A stretch of 64,000 nt of DNA, taken from Felis catus. Its lineage: Eukaryota. The DNA lies in contig NC_058368.1 of assembly GCF_018350175.1 (NCBI RefSeq), positions 82,400,001 to 82,464,000 on the forward strand. The letters run 5' to 3'. Under the pieces are notes generated by a model. The model made no database searches. It was not told the origin of the DNA and saw only the letters and a program-made list of their open reading frames with translations. This document shows positions 13,151 to 25,162 of this stretch, piece by piece; the first letter of the stretch is position 1; each line of letters opens with the position of its first letter. The position numbers and the translations under genes were made by a program.

Positions 13151-13587
13151 CTCTGAGCTGCTCATTTCCAGTGGAGGGCAAGTGGATATAGGCATGGGAG
13201 AGACTGGGAGCTACCGGCAGAACACAGGGAATGTTCTCTAGAAGTTTGCTTTGTCCCCCCACAGTCAGAAGGGAGAAACAGAGGTGGGCAGGTCCCTGAC
13301 CATTGGATTCTGAAGCCCATGCTGTCGACTCTGAGCAGGGTGGTATTCCTGGGTTCATCTATGGCCTGTGAGGGCATTCTTCTTCCAGAATCCTGAGATC
13401 CCAGGGCCCCTGGGGAAGGGGAGCCACAGTCCAGGAGGCTGACCTCTCAAGAGCCCCTGGCACTGGTGGGTGGGGAGTAGAGGGGCCACAGCAGGGCCAG
13501 GAGATCAGGGCTCTTACACACCCTGGGTATTTCATAGAGGGGACTTCTAGCTTTATTTATTTACATACTTGTTTTAAGTAGACACTC

Positions 13588-13803
13588 CTTTTCTTTTGTT
13601 TTTAAGGTTTATTAATTTATTTTGAGAAAGAGAGAGAAAGTGAGAGGGACAGATAGAGAGGGAAAGAGAGCGAATCTCAAGCAGGCTCCACTCTGTCACA
13701 TGGAGCCCAGTGCGGGGCTGGAACTCACAAACTGTGAGATAATGACTTGAGCTGAAACCAAGAGTCGGACACTTAACCTCCTGAGCACCCCCCAAGGTGC
13801 CCC
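13588..13803 (-). mobile_element. Can-SINE
   Basis: polyT, (GA)n, gagataatgacttgagctgaaaccaagagtcggacacttaacc. Confidence 0.88.
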
Positions 13804-13951
13804 TTAAGAAGGCATTTCTAACCATTAGAATTCAAGGGGGAAAATTTAAGAGCTTTGTTGGTAGGTGGAGAAAAACTGGAAATTTTATTGATTTAAAATA
13901 TGCGCCATACCCAACATTTTTGTTCTCAGAATCACTTTTACTTGAGTCTGT

Positions 13952-14351
13952 GTGTTAGTAGAGGTTCCTCAGGGAAACAGAACGGATAGGATTGTGTGCA
14001 TATACAGATGATACAGATATTGATACACAGAAAGAGGCAGAGAGACAGAGACAGACAGAGACTGAGAGACAGACACAGGCAGAGAGACAGAGCCCTGAAC
14101 GTCCAGGCCAGGACAGATGTAGGCTGCAGACCAGGGAAAACAGATCTTGCACGTCTGGTCAGTCTGGAGGCCGAGCCCCTCTTCCCAGGGAATTCAGTCT
14201 TTCTCTCTTATGAGGGAAATTCAGCCTTCAACCGATTGGACTGATGTAAATGTCAATCACATCTGGAAATACCTTCGTAACAACATCCAGACTGGTGTTT
14301 GAGCATCTGTGCACGAAGGCCTGACCAAGTGGACACCTGAAATTAACCATT
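13952..14351 (-). mobile_element. MLT2-type (ERVL) LTR remnant with internal (GAGACA)n
   Basis: tgtgttagtagaggttcctcagggaaacagaac at one end and aagtggacacctgaaattaaccat at the other resemble recalled MLT2 termini. Confidence 0.65.
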
Positions 14352-14686
14352 GGGCTATGATGAAAATGTTGATGTCTTATATTTTCCTTCAAATACGAAG
14401 TGCTGGGGAGCCCAGAGCACTGCCCACCCCCCCCCCAGATGCTCTAGGCAGCATCTTCCTTGGACGTTGCGTGGCCAGGAGCTAGGAATTCGGGAGATGG
14501 GCACCCCTGTAGGCGCTGCAGGCTCAGAGTGTGTGCCCGGGAGGCCCCTGTGGTCCGATCAGGGGGCCTGCGTAAGGCGGATGGCCCTGGGTGTGGAAGG
14601 AGCCCAGGCCCCAGGAAGGCTCTGTGTAGACTGTGTGTGGGGCTGGCCCCTCCGCCGACTGAGGACGCCTTTCTGTTCTGTTACAG

Positions 14687-14821
14687 CGCTGTGGCCATCT
14701 CCCAGCCTCGACTCCCAGGGACCCTCCTCTGTCTGAGGATTTGCAGCCTCCCAACGACCCCCCTCTCTGTGCTCTAGCCCACTTCCTTCCAGGAGAGAAG
14801 CCTCCCCCCTACACTCCCTGA
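14687..14821 (+). CDS. TMEM255B: TMEM255B terminal coding exon 9, RCGHLPASTPRDPPLSEDLQPPNDPPLCALAHFLPGEKPPPYTP*
   Basis: ttctgttctgttacag| acceptor, 45 codons ending TGA; SEDLQPP and PGEKPPPY match the recalled TMEM255B C-terminus. Confidence 0.9.
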   Translation, partial: RCGHLPASTPRDPPLSEDLQPPNDPPLCALAHFLPGEKPPPYTP

Positions 14822-17284
14822 CACACAGGGGGTAGATTGAAAAATAGGTTTTTGGTTAAAAAAACAGCCGCTACAAACCCTGCTTCTGTGGCCAACCTCC
14901 TAGAGACGTCAGGGGAATGTTCCAGAAGTCCACACCCTCTCTCCCCTCCTGGGTGAATCCATGGGCAGAGAGGCCAGGACCAGTGGTGGGGACGGAACCC
15001 CAGGTGACTGAGACCCCCCAGGCTGCACCTCTGTTCGGCCACCCAGCCCAGAGTGTAAGCTGGACACTAGACAGATCCAGCGTGTCCACCTGGAGCCCCC
15101 TTGCTCTGGTCCTCTGTCATCGCTCGCTAAAAAGCTGCTTCCTCACTGTCCTCTTAATGAGTTAGTTATTATTTTGCAAAGGGAATACGGCTCAGCATAC
15201 CCTGTGTGAGGATCATGTTTCAAGGACATGTGTTGTATGTTCACATGTTTATATGGTGTCCTCAAGAAGTGCATGGTCTCCATGCTCAGAGCTGTGCTCT
15301 CTCGGCATTTACTTGCTGGGGATAAAAAGATGCTTTGGCTCAAATTCCAGCACTGCTTGTAAAGTGTGTGTTCGCTGAGGTCTGTGCACGCTGTGTCCAA
15401 ACCTGCCGTCCCACCTGCAGAAAGGCTTGCTATCCCAGGCCACCTGTTTCCTACTCAAGGCATCTGGACTTCCAGCTGCCGCATGTGGGGTCCCCCTTGC
15501 CTGCAGGGCAGATGCCTCTAACTCCAGCCTCTGTGTTCCGAGTGACCCCTGGGGTGCGCAGCTCCTGAGGCCCTTCCACAGAGCCTGGAGTGAGCTCTGA
15601 CTTACGGACCAGCACTAGTGACCTAGGCACCTGGTGCAGCCGGTGGGCACACCCCTGGGAAATGACCAAATCCTGGTTGAGTGACAGGCCCGAGTCCTAA
15701 AGTACAGTCCTGGGTCACTGGGGAAAAGAGATAAGTCAGTGGGAGGGGGGTGTGTGGGAGGGGCGACAGGAGGGGGAGGGCGAGGGGGAGGGAAGAAAGG
15801 AAAAAAAAGGAGAGGCTGGTAAGGAGCCACGGTCTCAGGCCCCCCCTGCTGGCTGAGAACGCAATTCCAACAGACCTTATCCTCAGCCTGGTGCAGAAAC
15901 GCCTCATCCTGTTGTCTGAGGACACGGAAAGCTTTCTCTGCAGAAGGTGCCACCTGTGTGGCGTGCGGGCGACACGGTGGGCCAGGCCACGGAGCTGGCT
16001 CGTTGGCTTGGTTAGAACAGCAGTTTGCTCGGAGCCGCCTTTGGCTACCGTGAAGTGAGGCTCCTGCACCCTGACGGGGTGGTGGCCCCGCACAGCCCTG
16101 CGCAGACTTCCTCCTGGAGGGGGGAGGCGGTGCCCACCCTCGGGGTTTGCACCCCGGAAACAACAGCTTTGTCCTTCAAAGGAAGTCCCGCTTATTAGTG
16201 GCAGGCAGGAAACAGGGCCGTGTCCTGGCCCGCAGGCAGCCTGCGCTGGGGGATCTGAGGAACGGACACAGAAGGGGGGCCCGGGCACCAAGGCCTGAAC
16301 CCCAGGCCTCTGTCTGCAGCTGCTGCATCTGGAGCCCCCCTCATCTGCCTGGAGTTTAGGAGCCAGCACGGTCTGGCCAAGTCGGGGGGCCTTGGCAGTC
16401 TGAGGGGTTGGACCCACTTGGTGAATTCTCTGCCGTGTGGGTGCCTGCACGGGGAAGAGAGGCTGGCCCCCAGCCCTGCCCTCCTCCCCCCCAGCACCCA
16501 CTGGGCCTGTGGGCTCATGTGCGCCTCCCTGGGCCTGGGGCTCCTGCCTCATCAGGACCTGCCCTGCTTGGAGGCCGCAGAGCCACTGGGCGGCCCACGT
16601 GGCCGCAGGCCGCTGTCGACTGGAGCCGGGCCGCCAGCTCCAGACGGCATCCAGGTGCCATGAGACACAGGGACAGCGTGTGACCTCTGCGCTCGACCCG
16701 GTTAGAGCCATGTGGCTGTGTCACTGGTTCCCAATATTGTTGATGCCAGCGTCACCCAAACAGCTTCTATCTGCCCTGTGAGCCTTAAACTGATAAAATC
16801 TATCAACTCCGGGGCCAGCGGTCTGGCTTTTGCCCACAGGAATGTCTTCATCCTGGGCCCTGGCCACAAAGAATGTGAACAATTCAACTCCCAGCCTGGT
16901 GGTGGCTTCAGGCTGCCCCTCAGTCCCCAGGACAGCACCTCACCCCTGCACGCTGAATGTGTCCCCACCTGACACCCCCCCCCCCCCCCGCCAGTCCCCA
17001 GGACACCTCCTCAACCCTGCACATGCCTGCCGGTGCCTGGCCTGCAGTGCATTCTGGGTACCATCCCCTGAGAGAACCCACCTCTGCCAAAGTCTTTCCC
17101 TTTACGTGGACAGACCCTGGCCAGTCTCTGCCTGAGCGTAGATGCTTCGTGGGACCTGGCCTGGCAGCTCTGATGGGGTGGGTGTTGCTGGGGCCTCTCC
17201 CTCAGCCCCTCCCTCTACTGAGCTACCACACTTTCTTGAACACTGACTGCTGTTGGCACTCAGCAGACCCCAGCTGGAGGCTGG

Positions 17285-17430
17285 GTACAGGGCTCCCTGT
17301 TGGTGTGATGGAAACGTTCTGGAACCAGATGGTAGTGATGGTTGCATAGTCTTGTTAATGTATAAAACCCACTGACATGTACGTTGGTGAAGGGGGAGTA
17401 TTATGGCATGTGACTTGTATTTCAGTGAAA
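17285..17430 (+). mobile_element. Old L1 (L1M) 3'-end fragment
   Basis: gtgatggaaacgttctggaaccagatggtagtgatggttgcatag...cactga. Confidence 0.65.
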
Positions 17431-17854
17431 AGGGGGCAGAAAAGTACGGTATCAACCCACGCGAAGCACGCGGAGCAGAGCCAGGAGTGTGGCACGTGCC
17501 TGGTTCACAAGAACAAAACCCTCATCACCGTGAAGAACGACTCTTGGCTGAGCAGATGCCCTCCGAGCTGCAGGGGAAATGCTCGGCCGAGCTGCCATCT
17601 GCCCTACAGAAAGAGGAAAAGGTCTAGGAGCAGAGGCCTCGTTCAAGTCGTGGCTTCCCAGGTGCCCATGTTACATGTGCAGGTGTGTCCTCTTCCTGTG
17701 TCCTACCTAAAGCCATTGAATTATGGAATTTAATATACACGAAAGAATGCTTAACACACAGGCGGTGCTGCTGACACAGAAGGGATAATGAGACGGGCCA
17801 GGAGTTCAGGCGCCCCAGAGCCCAGTCGCTCCCTCCTCTGCCCCAGTGCGGGAT

Positions 17855-18850
17855 TTTGTGTGGACATGTTTCCAACTCCTTTGGGTCAATGCCAAGGAGC
17901 GTGACTGCTGGACCGGGTGCTAAGAGCGTGTTTGGCTTTGTGAGAAGCCCCTGGACAGTCTGGCGAGGCGGCCGCACCGTTCCGCACTCCCAGCAACACA
18001 GAGCAGGGCTCCTCAGGGCGCTGTGTGTGCAGCGGGGTCCCCGTGGGTGTGTGGCAGGGTCTCCTGGTCATGTCCGTGTGCCGTCCCTGTCCCCGGACAG
18101 CGAGGAACGCTACTCGTGTGCTCAGCTGTCAGCTGCGTGCCTTTTGGGGTGTCTGTTAGGGTCTTTGACCCATTTTTTAACGAGTTGTTTTATTGTTGAG
18201 TTTTGAGAGTTCTTTGTATATTCTGGATCTCAGTCCCCTACCATATGTGTCTTTTGCAAATACCTTCTTCCCAACTATGCTTGTCTCCTCCTTCTTCTGA
18301 TGCTGTCTTCTTCAGAAGTCTTTGCTCTGTTGGAGTCCAGCTTGTCCATTGTCTTTCACGGATGGTGCCTTTGGTGCTGTGTCTACAAAGTCATCGCCGT
18401 GCCCAGGCCACCCAGGCTGTCTCCTGTGCCCCCATCTGGGGCGCTATACTTTTGTCTTTTCCGTGTAGGTATGTGATCCACTCTGAGTTGTGAAGGTGTA
18501 AGGTCTGTGTCTGGATTCATTTCTCGGCGCGTGGACGTCCAGACGCTCCCGTGCCATTTGTGGAGGGGACTGTCTATATGTCTATATGGATTCCTTTGCT
18601 CCTTTGTCAAAGACCAGTGACTGTGCTGTTGTGGGTCTGTCCACGGGCTCTCTGTTCGCTCCACTGACCTGTCTGTTCTTTCGGCAGACCCAGCCTGTAC
18701 TGACCGCTGCAGCTTTGCACAGGTTTTGAAGTCAGATAGCCTTGGCCTTCTAACTTGCTTCTTCAAGTTCTTGATTTTTAGTGTAGCTGAAGTTTTACAT
18801 CTTTTCCTGTTATTGGAGCATTTTGTGTTTTATTTAAGAAATAGTTCTCT
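17855..18850 (-). mobile_element. Old L1 ORF2/3' fragment, antisense
   Basis: ttattgttgagttttgagagttctttgtatattctggat and related L1 motifs; minus-strand ORF 18383..18766 shows decayed ORF2-like text. Confidence 0.8.
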
Positions 18851-18879
18851 ACTTCAGGTCATGGTAATTCTCTTCTGTC

Positions 18880-19075
18880 ACAAGGCTCAGACTAGTCCGT
18901 GTAAACGGCCACAGAGTAAACATTGCTGGTTTAGGGGGCCAGGAGGTGTGTGGCAACCACTCGGCAGTGCCATTGGGGAGCAAAAGCAGGTGTAGACATG
19001 TGGCTGTGTTCCAGTGAGCTTTATTAACAGAGAGAGAGGGGTGGACCACACTGGGCCCACAGGCTGTAGTTTCAC
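18880..19075 (-). mobile_element. MER58A-like element
   Basis: gtaaacggccacagagtaaacattgctgg...ggctgtgttccagtgagctttatt...ggcccacaggctgtagttt. Confidence 0.6.
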
Positions 19076-19170
19076 ATTTTTAAGTGCTTTATAAATTACT
19101 TTTAGATTTAAATATATTCTCTACCTTGTGTTATGTGAGATGGAGGTAAAAATTTCCTTTATCTTTAATG

Positions 19171-19360
19171 CAGTGGTTTCAACAGGGATGATTTTGCACC
19201 TGGGGGACATGTGGCAGTGTCTGGGAGGGTTTTGATGGTCATGAGTGCTGTGGCCAGGCCGGGGGGTGCAGCCAGCTCCCAGACGGCAGGGATGCCACTA
19301 AATGACCCAGAATAGCCCTGCTCGTAAATAAGACTCCCAATCAATAGTATCCTAAACACA
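19171..19360 (+). mobile_element. MER20-like hAT element
   Basis: cagtggtttcaacagggatgattttgcacctgggggacatgtggcagtgtctgg resembles recalled MER20 5' end. Confidence 0.7.
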
Positions 19361-19518
19361 CAGAACAAAAAACAAAATTATTGTGGCTCTTCTCATTAAA
19401 AGCAAAAAAGCACCTTAGACCATAAATGTGTAGACAGCATAATCCATTCCTCACTCTATCTCCATGGTGCAAAATCAAGTGTGTCCTATCCTCCTCCATG
19501 AGGCAGATTCAGGCTCAT

Positions 19519-19619
19519 CCAGCCCCACGTCCATGGCCCACAGTCAGGGTCCCCCCAGCCCTGCGTCCACGGCCCACAGTCAGGGTCCCCCCAGCCCCGT
19601 GTCGGTGGCGCACAGTCAG
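19519..19619. repeat. 36-bp tandem repeat, ~2.8 copies
   Basis: ccagccccacgtccatggcccacagtcagggtcccc repeated. Confidence 0.85.
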
Positions 19620-21913
19620 AAGGATGGAGCTCCGTATGCTGCAGACCCCTCAGCAGCTGGCCCCCCTGGACTGGGCAGAGGTGAGGACACCAGTCTGCCG
19701 GCACAGCTGGGGAATGCACCCTGCCCTCAGCTCCGTGCTGCTACCTATGGGCTTGTTCTCGGCAGCAGGGGTTCTGCTGGTGTAGTCTCAGGAGACACAT
19801 TTGTGCCCATGTCTCCCTGGACAGAAGAGGACTCCATGGTGGTCAGAATCCCCCTGAGCCATGGCCTCTGTTGTGCGTGTGCTCTCAGCTCTGGCTGCCC
19901 TGGTCTTCTCAAGAGTTTGGGGCTGGCTTGGGAAGCATTCCACAGGAACATTCCAGAGCTGCCTCCACAGTGAGGGAAGCCAGACAGCACCAGGGGAACG
20001 GTGCAGTGACAAGCCGATCCGGCCCCAAAGCTGCTTTGGGCTCCCAGGGCCTCATGAGACCAGCTGGTGGGCAGTACGGGCTCTCCTGGGGGCGACAGGC
20101 AGAACTCGTTTTCCACACTGAGAGTCGCTGGTGCTGGGGTAGTCTGGCTTGCAGGGGTGGTGGTGGTGGGGGCCTTCCTGCCTGTTGAGCAGGCAGCGTC
20201 CAAGCCTTGGTTGTCCTGGTCAATGCCAAACCCCCAGGAACTGAACTCTCACCCCCCAGATGGACAGTGTCTCCAAGTCCTGGCCTGACCAGCTCAGCCC
20301 CACCCGACCACCTGCCCGTTCCAGAGCCCGTGGATGGACTTGGGGTCCCCATATGGTGCAAGCTGGCATGCCTGTCCACCCTGGTCACAGACCACAGAGC
20401 AGCCCGTGGACACGTGGCCTTCAAGGTCATGGTTCCCCCGCATCCCTTGTTTCCCGTGTGGAAACCTAACTGAAGAGTCTCAGACTAGTTTTTTCAAGTC
20501 CTGAGTCAACAGAACTTGCGCCCTGATGCTGCCACTCAGGAAAACAACAGAAAGGACGCAGCCGGGAGGGCAGTGGTGGTTGGGCCGGGGAGTCCCAGGG
20601 ACACAGTGAATGTGCTGGGACTAGTGGCCACCCTACGTGGCCAGGCCTGCCTGCCAGAGCCTGTGGGCCTTGCCGCGTCCTTGCCCTGGACCTGCGGCCT
20701 TCTGCAGTTACCTCCAAGGTGAGCTTGGTCCGGGGAGGGGTCCCTGCGGGCAGGTGTCTGTGATGGCCATCAGCTCCCTCACTGAGTCCTGGAGAGCCCT
20801 CCAAGGGCAGGCCAGCTGTGGGTGCACAGGGATACTCCCCCCGCCCTCACCAGGGTGCAGTGGGGGGGTCACCCGGCTTGCCGGTCCATCAGGGACTCCT
20901 GGCACAGTGCTCGAGGCCATAACGTTTTCTAGAAATCTGGAAAGAGGCCTCTCTGCTTCCAGTGGTGCACGGCTCACTTTGCCTCTCGTGTGAGGATCAC
21001 TGAGCCCTGCTTCCTCCGGCTTCTCTTGCTTCTCTCTGGGTCAGGTGGTGACTTAGACTCATTCAGCACAAGAGACCGTTCGGTGCTCGGCTGATAGAGC
21101 TTTCAGGGATCACTCTGTCCCGGGGAATGACAGGCTGGGGGACCCTCGGCCGCCATCTGCAGGGCAACATGTAAAAGGAAACCCAGAACCTGCCCCGCAG
21201 CCCAGAACATTCTCTGGTGTTCGGTGTTTGAAGAAAAAAAATCTCAGTCTTGAGGAGACTGTCATTGAGCACGACGCCCAGCGGACACTGAAAACGTCCC
21301 TGGCACATTCTGCATGAACACCACATGGCCACCGGCCACGGGGCGGGCGCCCTCCGGTGACCATGGCGTTGGGCAGACAGACATGCTGTAGCCCTAACCT
21401 TGGCGCTACTCTCCGCACCCCCACCCCCCGCCAGGCCTCGGTGACTTTGGTGCGTGCTGACAGCTCTGGGGCCCCAAGTGTGTTTTCCAGGGGGGGTCTT
21501 CCTGGGCTCAGTGGGCTAGGGGTCATCGCCTCCACTCCATCTCCTGGTGCCGATTCCAGCAGCCCCACCGCAGAGCAGCGACCTCCCGGAATAGAGAAAA
21601 CAGGGATTCCCTTTACATACAGAGAAAGAGGGAGGCTCAGAGGTGAATGGGTTTGTCTGGGGGAAAAGCAGCAGGTGCTGGCCGGCCTTGATGCTGGAGG
21701 AGTGGCCAGGGCCCCCTGCCTCTGCCTGGGTTGCACCCACGGCACAGAGAGCAAGGTGGCAGCTCCCAGAGCCAGGGGCGGTTGAGGGGTGGTGGAGAGG
21801 GCACCTGGGGCAGAGGCTGGCACTCGGGACCCTGTGCTGCTGATGCCGGCTGCCAGGCACTAATGGGCAAAGACTGGAGCTGGCAGCACAGTTAGAAACG
21901 GTTCTGTAGATGT

Positions 21914-21919
21914 TTTATT
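21914..21919 (-). terminator. GAS6: GAS6 polyadenylation signal AATAAA
   Basis: tttatt on + strand about 290 nt downstream of the GAS6 stop. Confidence 0.8.
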
Positions 21920-22207
21920 TTTCCATGTTTTCAGGCAAGAAAGAAGCATTTGGTAATAAAAATAACAGAATTATTTTCCTGGGTCTGCTCCGGTGAGCAC
22001 CAGCCTCCTGCCTCCGGCCTCCTGCTAGGAGGCTTTGGGGGTTGGGGCTGAGGCTTCGGGTCACTAATACTAGTCCCCTCAACTATTTACACGTATGTTA
22101 CAAGGCAAAGAACAGTCTCGGAGAAAGCGGCCTGCAGGGGTGCGGGGTCCGGAGAGGCTCACGGGGGCAGGTGGGTGGGGTCACTGCGGCCTTCTCTTCC
22201 TGCTGCT

Positions 22208-22393
<186 letters not shown>

Positions 22394-23393
22394 TTAGCAG
22401 GCGAGCCACCCGTCCATCTGGAGCCTGGGCGGCCCACCCACCACGTCCCCCGCCTCGCTGCTGCTCCCAGGCACCCCTGGGCCCCTCTCCGTCCTGGCCT
22501 TTTGTCCTCAAGGGCACGGATTCCTTTCTGTCCAGAACAGCACCAGCTCGGCCAATGCCCACAGGCACCACTGAACACCCGGACAGGTCCCCAGGAAGTG
22601 CACACGAACAGTCACATCAGTAAATCAGTGTTATCTCCTTCTTGGCCCAAATGAGTCACTCAGACTGCGGGGTTCCCAGTCCATCGTCTTCAAGAGCTTG
22701 TTTGTTAAAACTAAATGGAGTGTGTGTTTGGCAGCCAAGGCAGGAATCGTGCGTTCTGCACAAAGGAGAAGCTGCACTGGGCTGTGCGGGGGCACACGTC
22801 AGCCTTTCCACCACCTTTCTACCACTTTGTCCCGATCACTTGGCTCACGGCCACGGGCAGTCACGTTCTGCCTGGTCAGGAATGGGTCCCCAGTCTGCAG
22901 GAGGTGGCCGTATGCCAGCACTTCCTGGGGCACAGAGGACTCTGTCCCCAGAAGCTGCATGTTAGGACAAGGAGGCGGGTTGGTGAGGGCCTTGGCCAGA
23001 GCCTCTGTCTGACACATGCTCAGGTGGGCGCTCTTGGAGGACACAGGTGCAGCATGTTCAGGCTGACACCCGTCCCCACTAAGCATGGTCTCAGACTCAA
23101 CCCCTGAACTGCCCAGCTGGTGCTGATAAACACAGAGCCACCACAACGCCCGTCAAGAGGTGCACCTGCATTTTTCTCTTCCTCTAAAACACAAGTTCTT
23201 TCTGGACAGAAATGCCCTGGCCCAGTCTAGAGCCAGCACGTTGAGGACGGTCAGACAGCTGGTGTTCCTCCCCCTCCCCACCGAGCACCCCTCCTTCACC
23301 AAGTGCCCCTCCCCCCAGCACCCCTCCCTCCCAGAGCACCCCTTCCCCCCCTCCCAGTGCCCCTTCCCAGGTGTGCAGCCCCAGGAGCCCTAC

Positions 23394-23622
23394 CTGGAAG
23401 TCCGCCAACAAAGGTGAGCACAGAGCCCTGTAGGTGCCTCTCGAGCACGGCCAGGCTCTCCTGCAGCCCCGCGGCGCTCACTTCGCTCTGGCCCCTGGTG
23501 CCGTCCACCTCCAGGGTGGCCTCACCCTTCTGCACAGAGACGGCCACTCGGTGCTCCTGGCCGTCACAGACCTTGATCTCCATCAGGGCCAGGGTGACTC
23601 CCTCCACAGCCAGGACGACCAG
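23394..23622 (-). CDS. GAS6: GAS6 exon 14, LG2 [48 protein letters not shown]...TFVGGLP
   Basis: 229 nt, tctccccacag| ... |gtaggg. Confidence 0.96.
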
Positions 23623-23994
23623 CTGTGGGGAGACATGCACCTGAGCAGGCCGGCCTCCTGCCCCGTCTCCCATCATTCGAGCCCTGGGGCAGGGGGGCGG
23701 GGGGGAGGCAGTGTCCCTGCAGCCTGCACTCTGCGGCCCACTGGTGCAGGACTCAGTTTCCAAGTGTGTAAGATGGGGGCGGGGGGGGCGCCACACCCTC
23801 CAGTCATCCAAGTGGGGGTGCTGCCAGTGTGGCCATGATCTGGAAGTGGGACGTGGCCACTTCCTCGACGTGAAACTGCCCCATAGGCCACAACGCAGTG
23901 GTGGGAGGTGCGGGGCAGTAAGTGCAAGCATCCCAGAAGGCAGCTGGCCCTATGCATATGGGGATGCTCTCACCAGACAGAACAGCCTACAACA

Positions 23995-24445
23995 GCCGGG
24001 AACAGAAACATGCTCCCACAGCAGGGAACAGAAACACACACTCCGGTAACGGTTCCGGAACAGAAACACACTTGGAACGGACATGCTCCAAAAGCAAGGA
24101 ACAGAAACACGCTCTGAAAGCAGGGAACAGAAACACACCCGGAACAGACATGCTCCAAAAGCAGGGAACAGAAACACACACTCTAGTAACGTGGAACAGA
24201 AACACACTCTGACAGCAGGGAACAGAAACACACTTGGAACAGCCACGTTCCAAAATCAGGGAACAGAAACACGCTCTGTAATCAGGGAACAGAAACACGC
24301 TCTGACAGCAGGGAACAGAAACACATTTGGAACAGACACACTCCGAAAGCGGGGAAGAGAAACATGCTCTGACAGCAGGGAACAGAAACACACTTGGAAC
24401 AGACACGCTCCGAAAGCAGGGAACAGAAACATGCTGTGACAGCAG
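23995..24445. repeat. Compound minisatellite (CAGGGAACAGAAACACACTCTGACAG / GGAACAGACACGCTCCAAAAG) in GAS6 intron 13
   Basis: Read directly; many GGAACAGAAAC cores. Confidence 0.93.
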
Positions 24446-25162
24446 AGTTTGGCCTGGTGTCTCTCATTCTGCACCCCGGACAGTGAGCACTATTGTGTGG
24501 GAGCGCCAAGCTGTTTGCAGGCAGGCTGGGGAAGGAGGTCTGGTGTGTGGACTGGTGTTCAGTGGTGGTGGGTCTGGATGTGGCCCTGCTACTGCCCGGT
24601 CCTGGGAGCCTAGGGCTGGACCATCTGGGGAGGCAGGCTGGCTCGGTGCGCATGCACCCTCCTGGTCAGCCGGGTCCTCATGCTTTAGATAGAGGCAAGA
24701 GCATAAAAGCTCCTTCCACAGCCTCCTCGCTGTTCCCTAGGAAACAGTGGGTCCCACATGGCAAGAGTCAGCGTGGCTGGGTGTGAAGGGTTGGCTGAAC
24801 CCGGGGCTTGGCCTGCATCCCCCAGAGTTTTGGGCGGGCCTGCACATCTGAGCTGGCAAGGGAAAGTGGAAGCCTGAGTTTGTTAGTGAAGTGGTCACAA
24901 GTGTGAGTGACTGATGCACATCGTCCTAAATGGCCAAGTCGGCCGAGTGTCTGGTGGGAAGTGGCCCCGCCACACAAGTGCTCCCAGGCCGCGGCCCACA
25001 CGGTTCTGACCACAGGTTGTGTCGGGTGACCTCGGGTCAACAGCGTCCCCGGCCGTGTGGCCGTTGGACTCGCGAGGGCCGCGTGACGCCGGGGCAGGGC
25101 TTCCCGAGACAGGAGCAGGGGACCCGCCCAGGAGGGGAGGCCTGGGCAGCAGTGAGTGGTAC

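Noticed and set aside
15623..16711. 362-aa - strand ORF
   Set aside because: No recognisable family or splice logic; composition typical of GC-rich non-coding DNA.
23908..24474. Overlapping repetitive ORFs in several frames
   Set aside because: Products of the intron 13 minisatellite.
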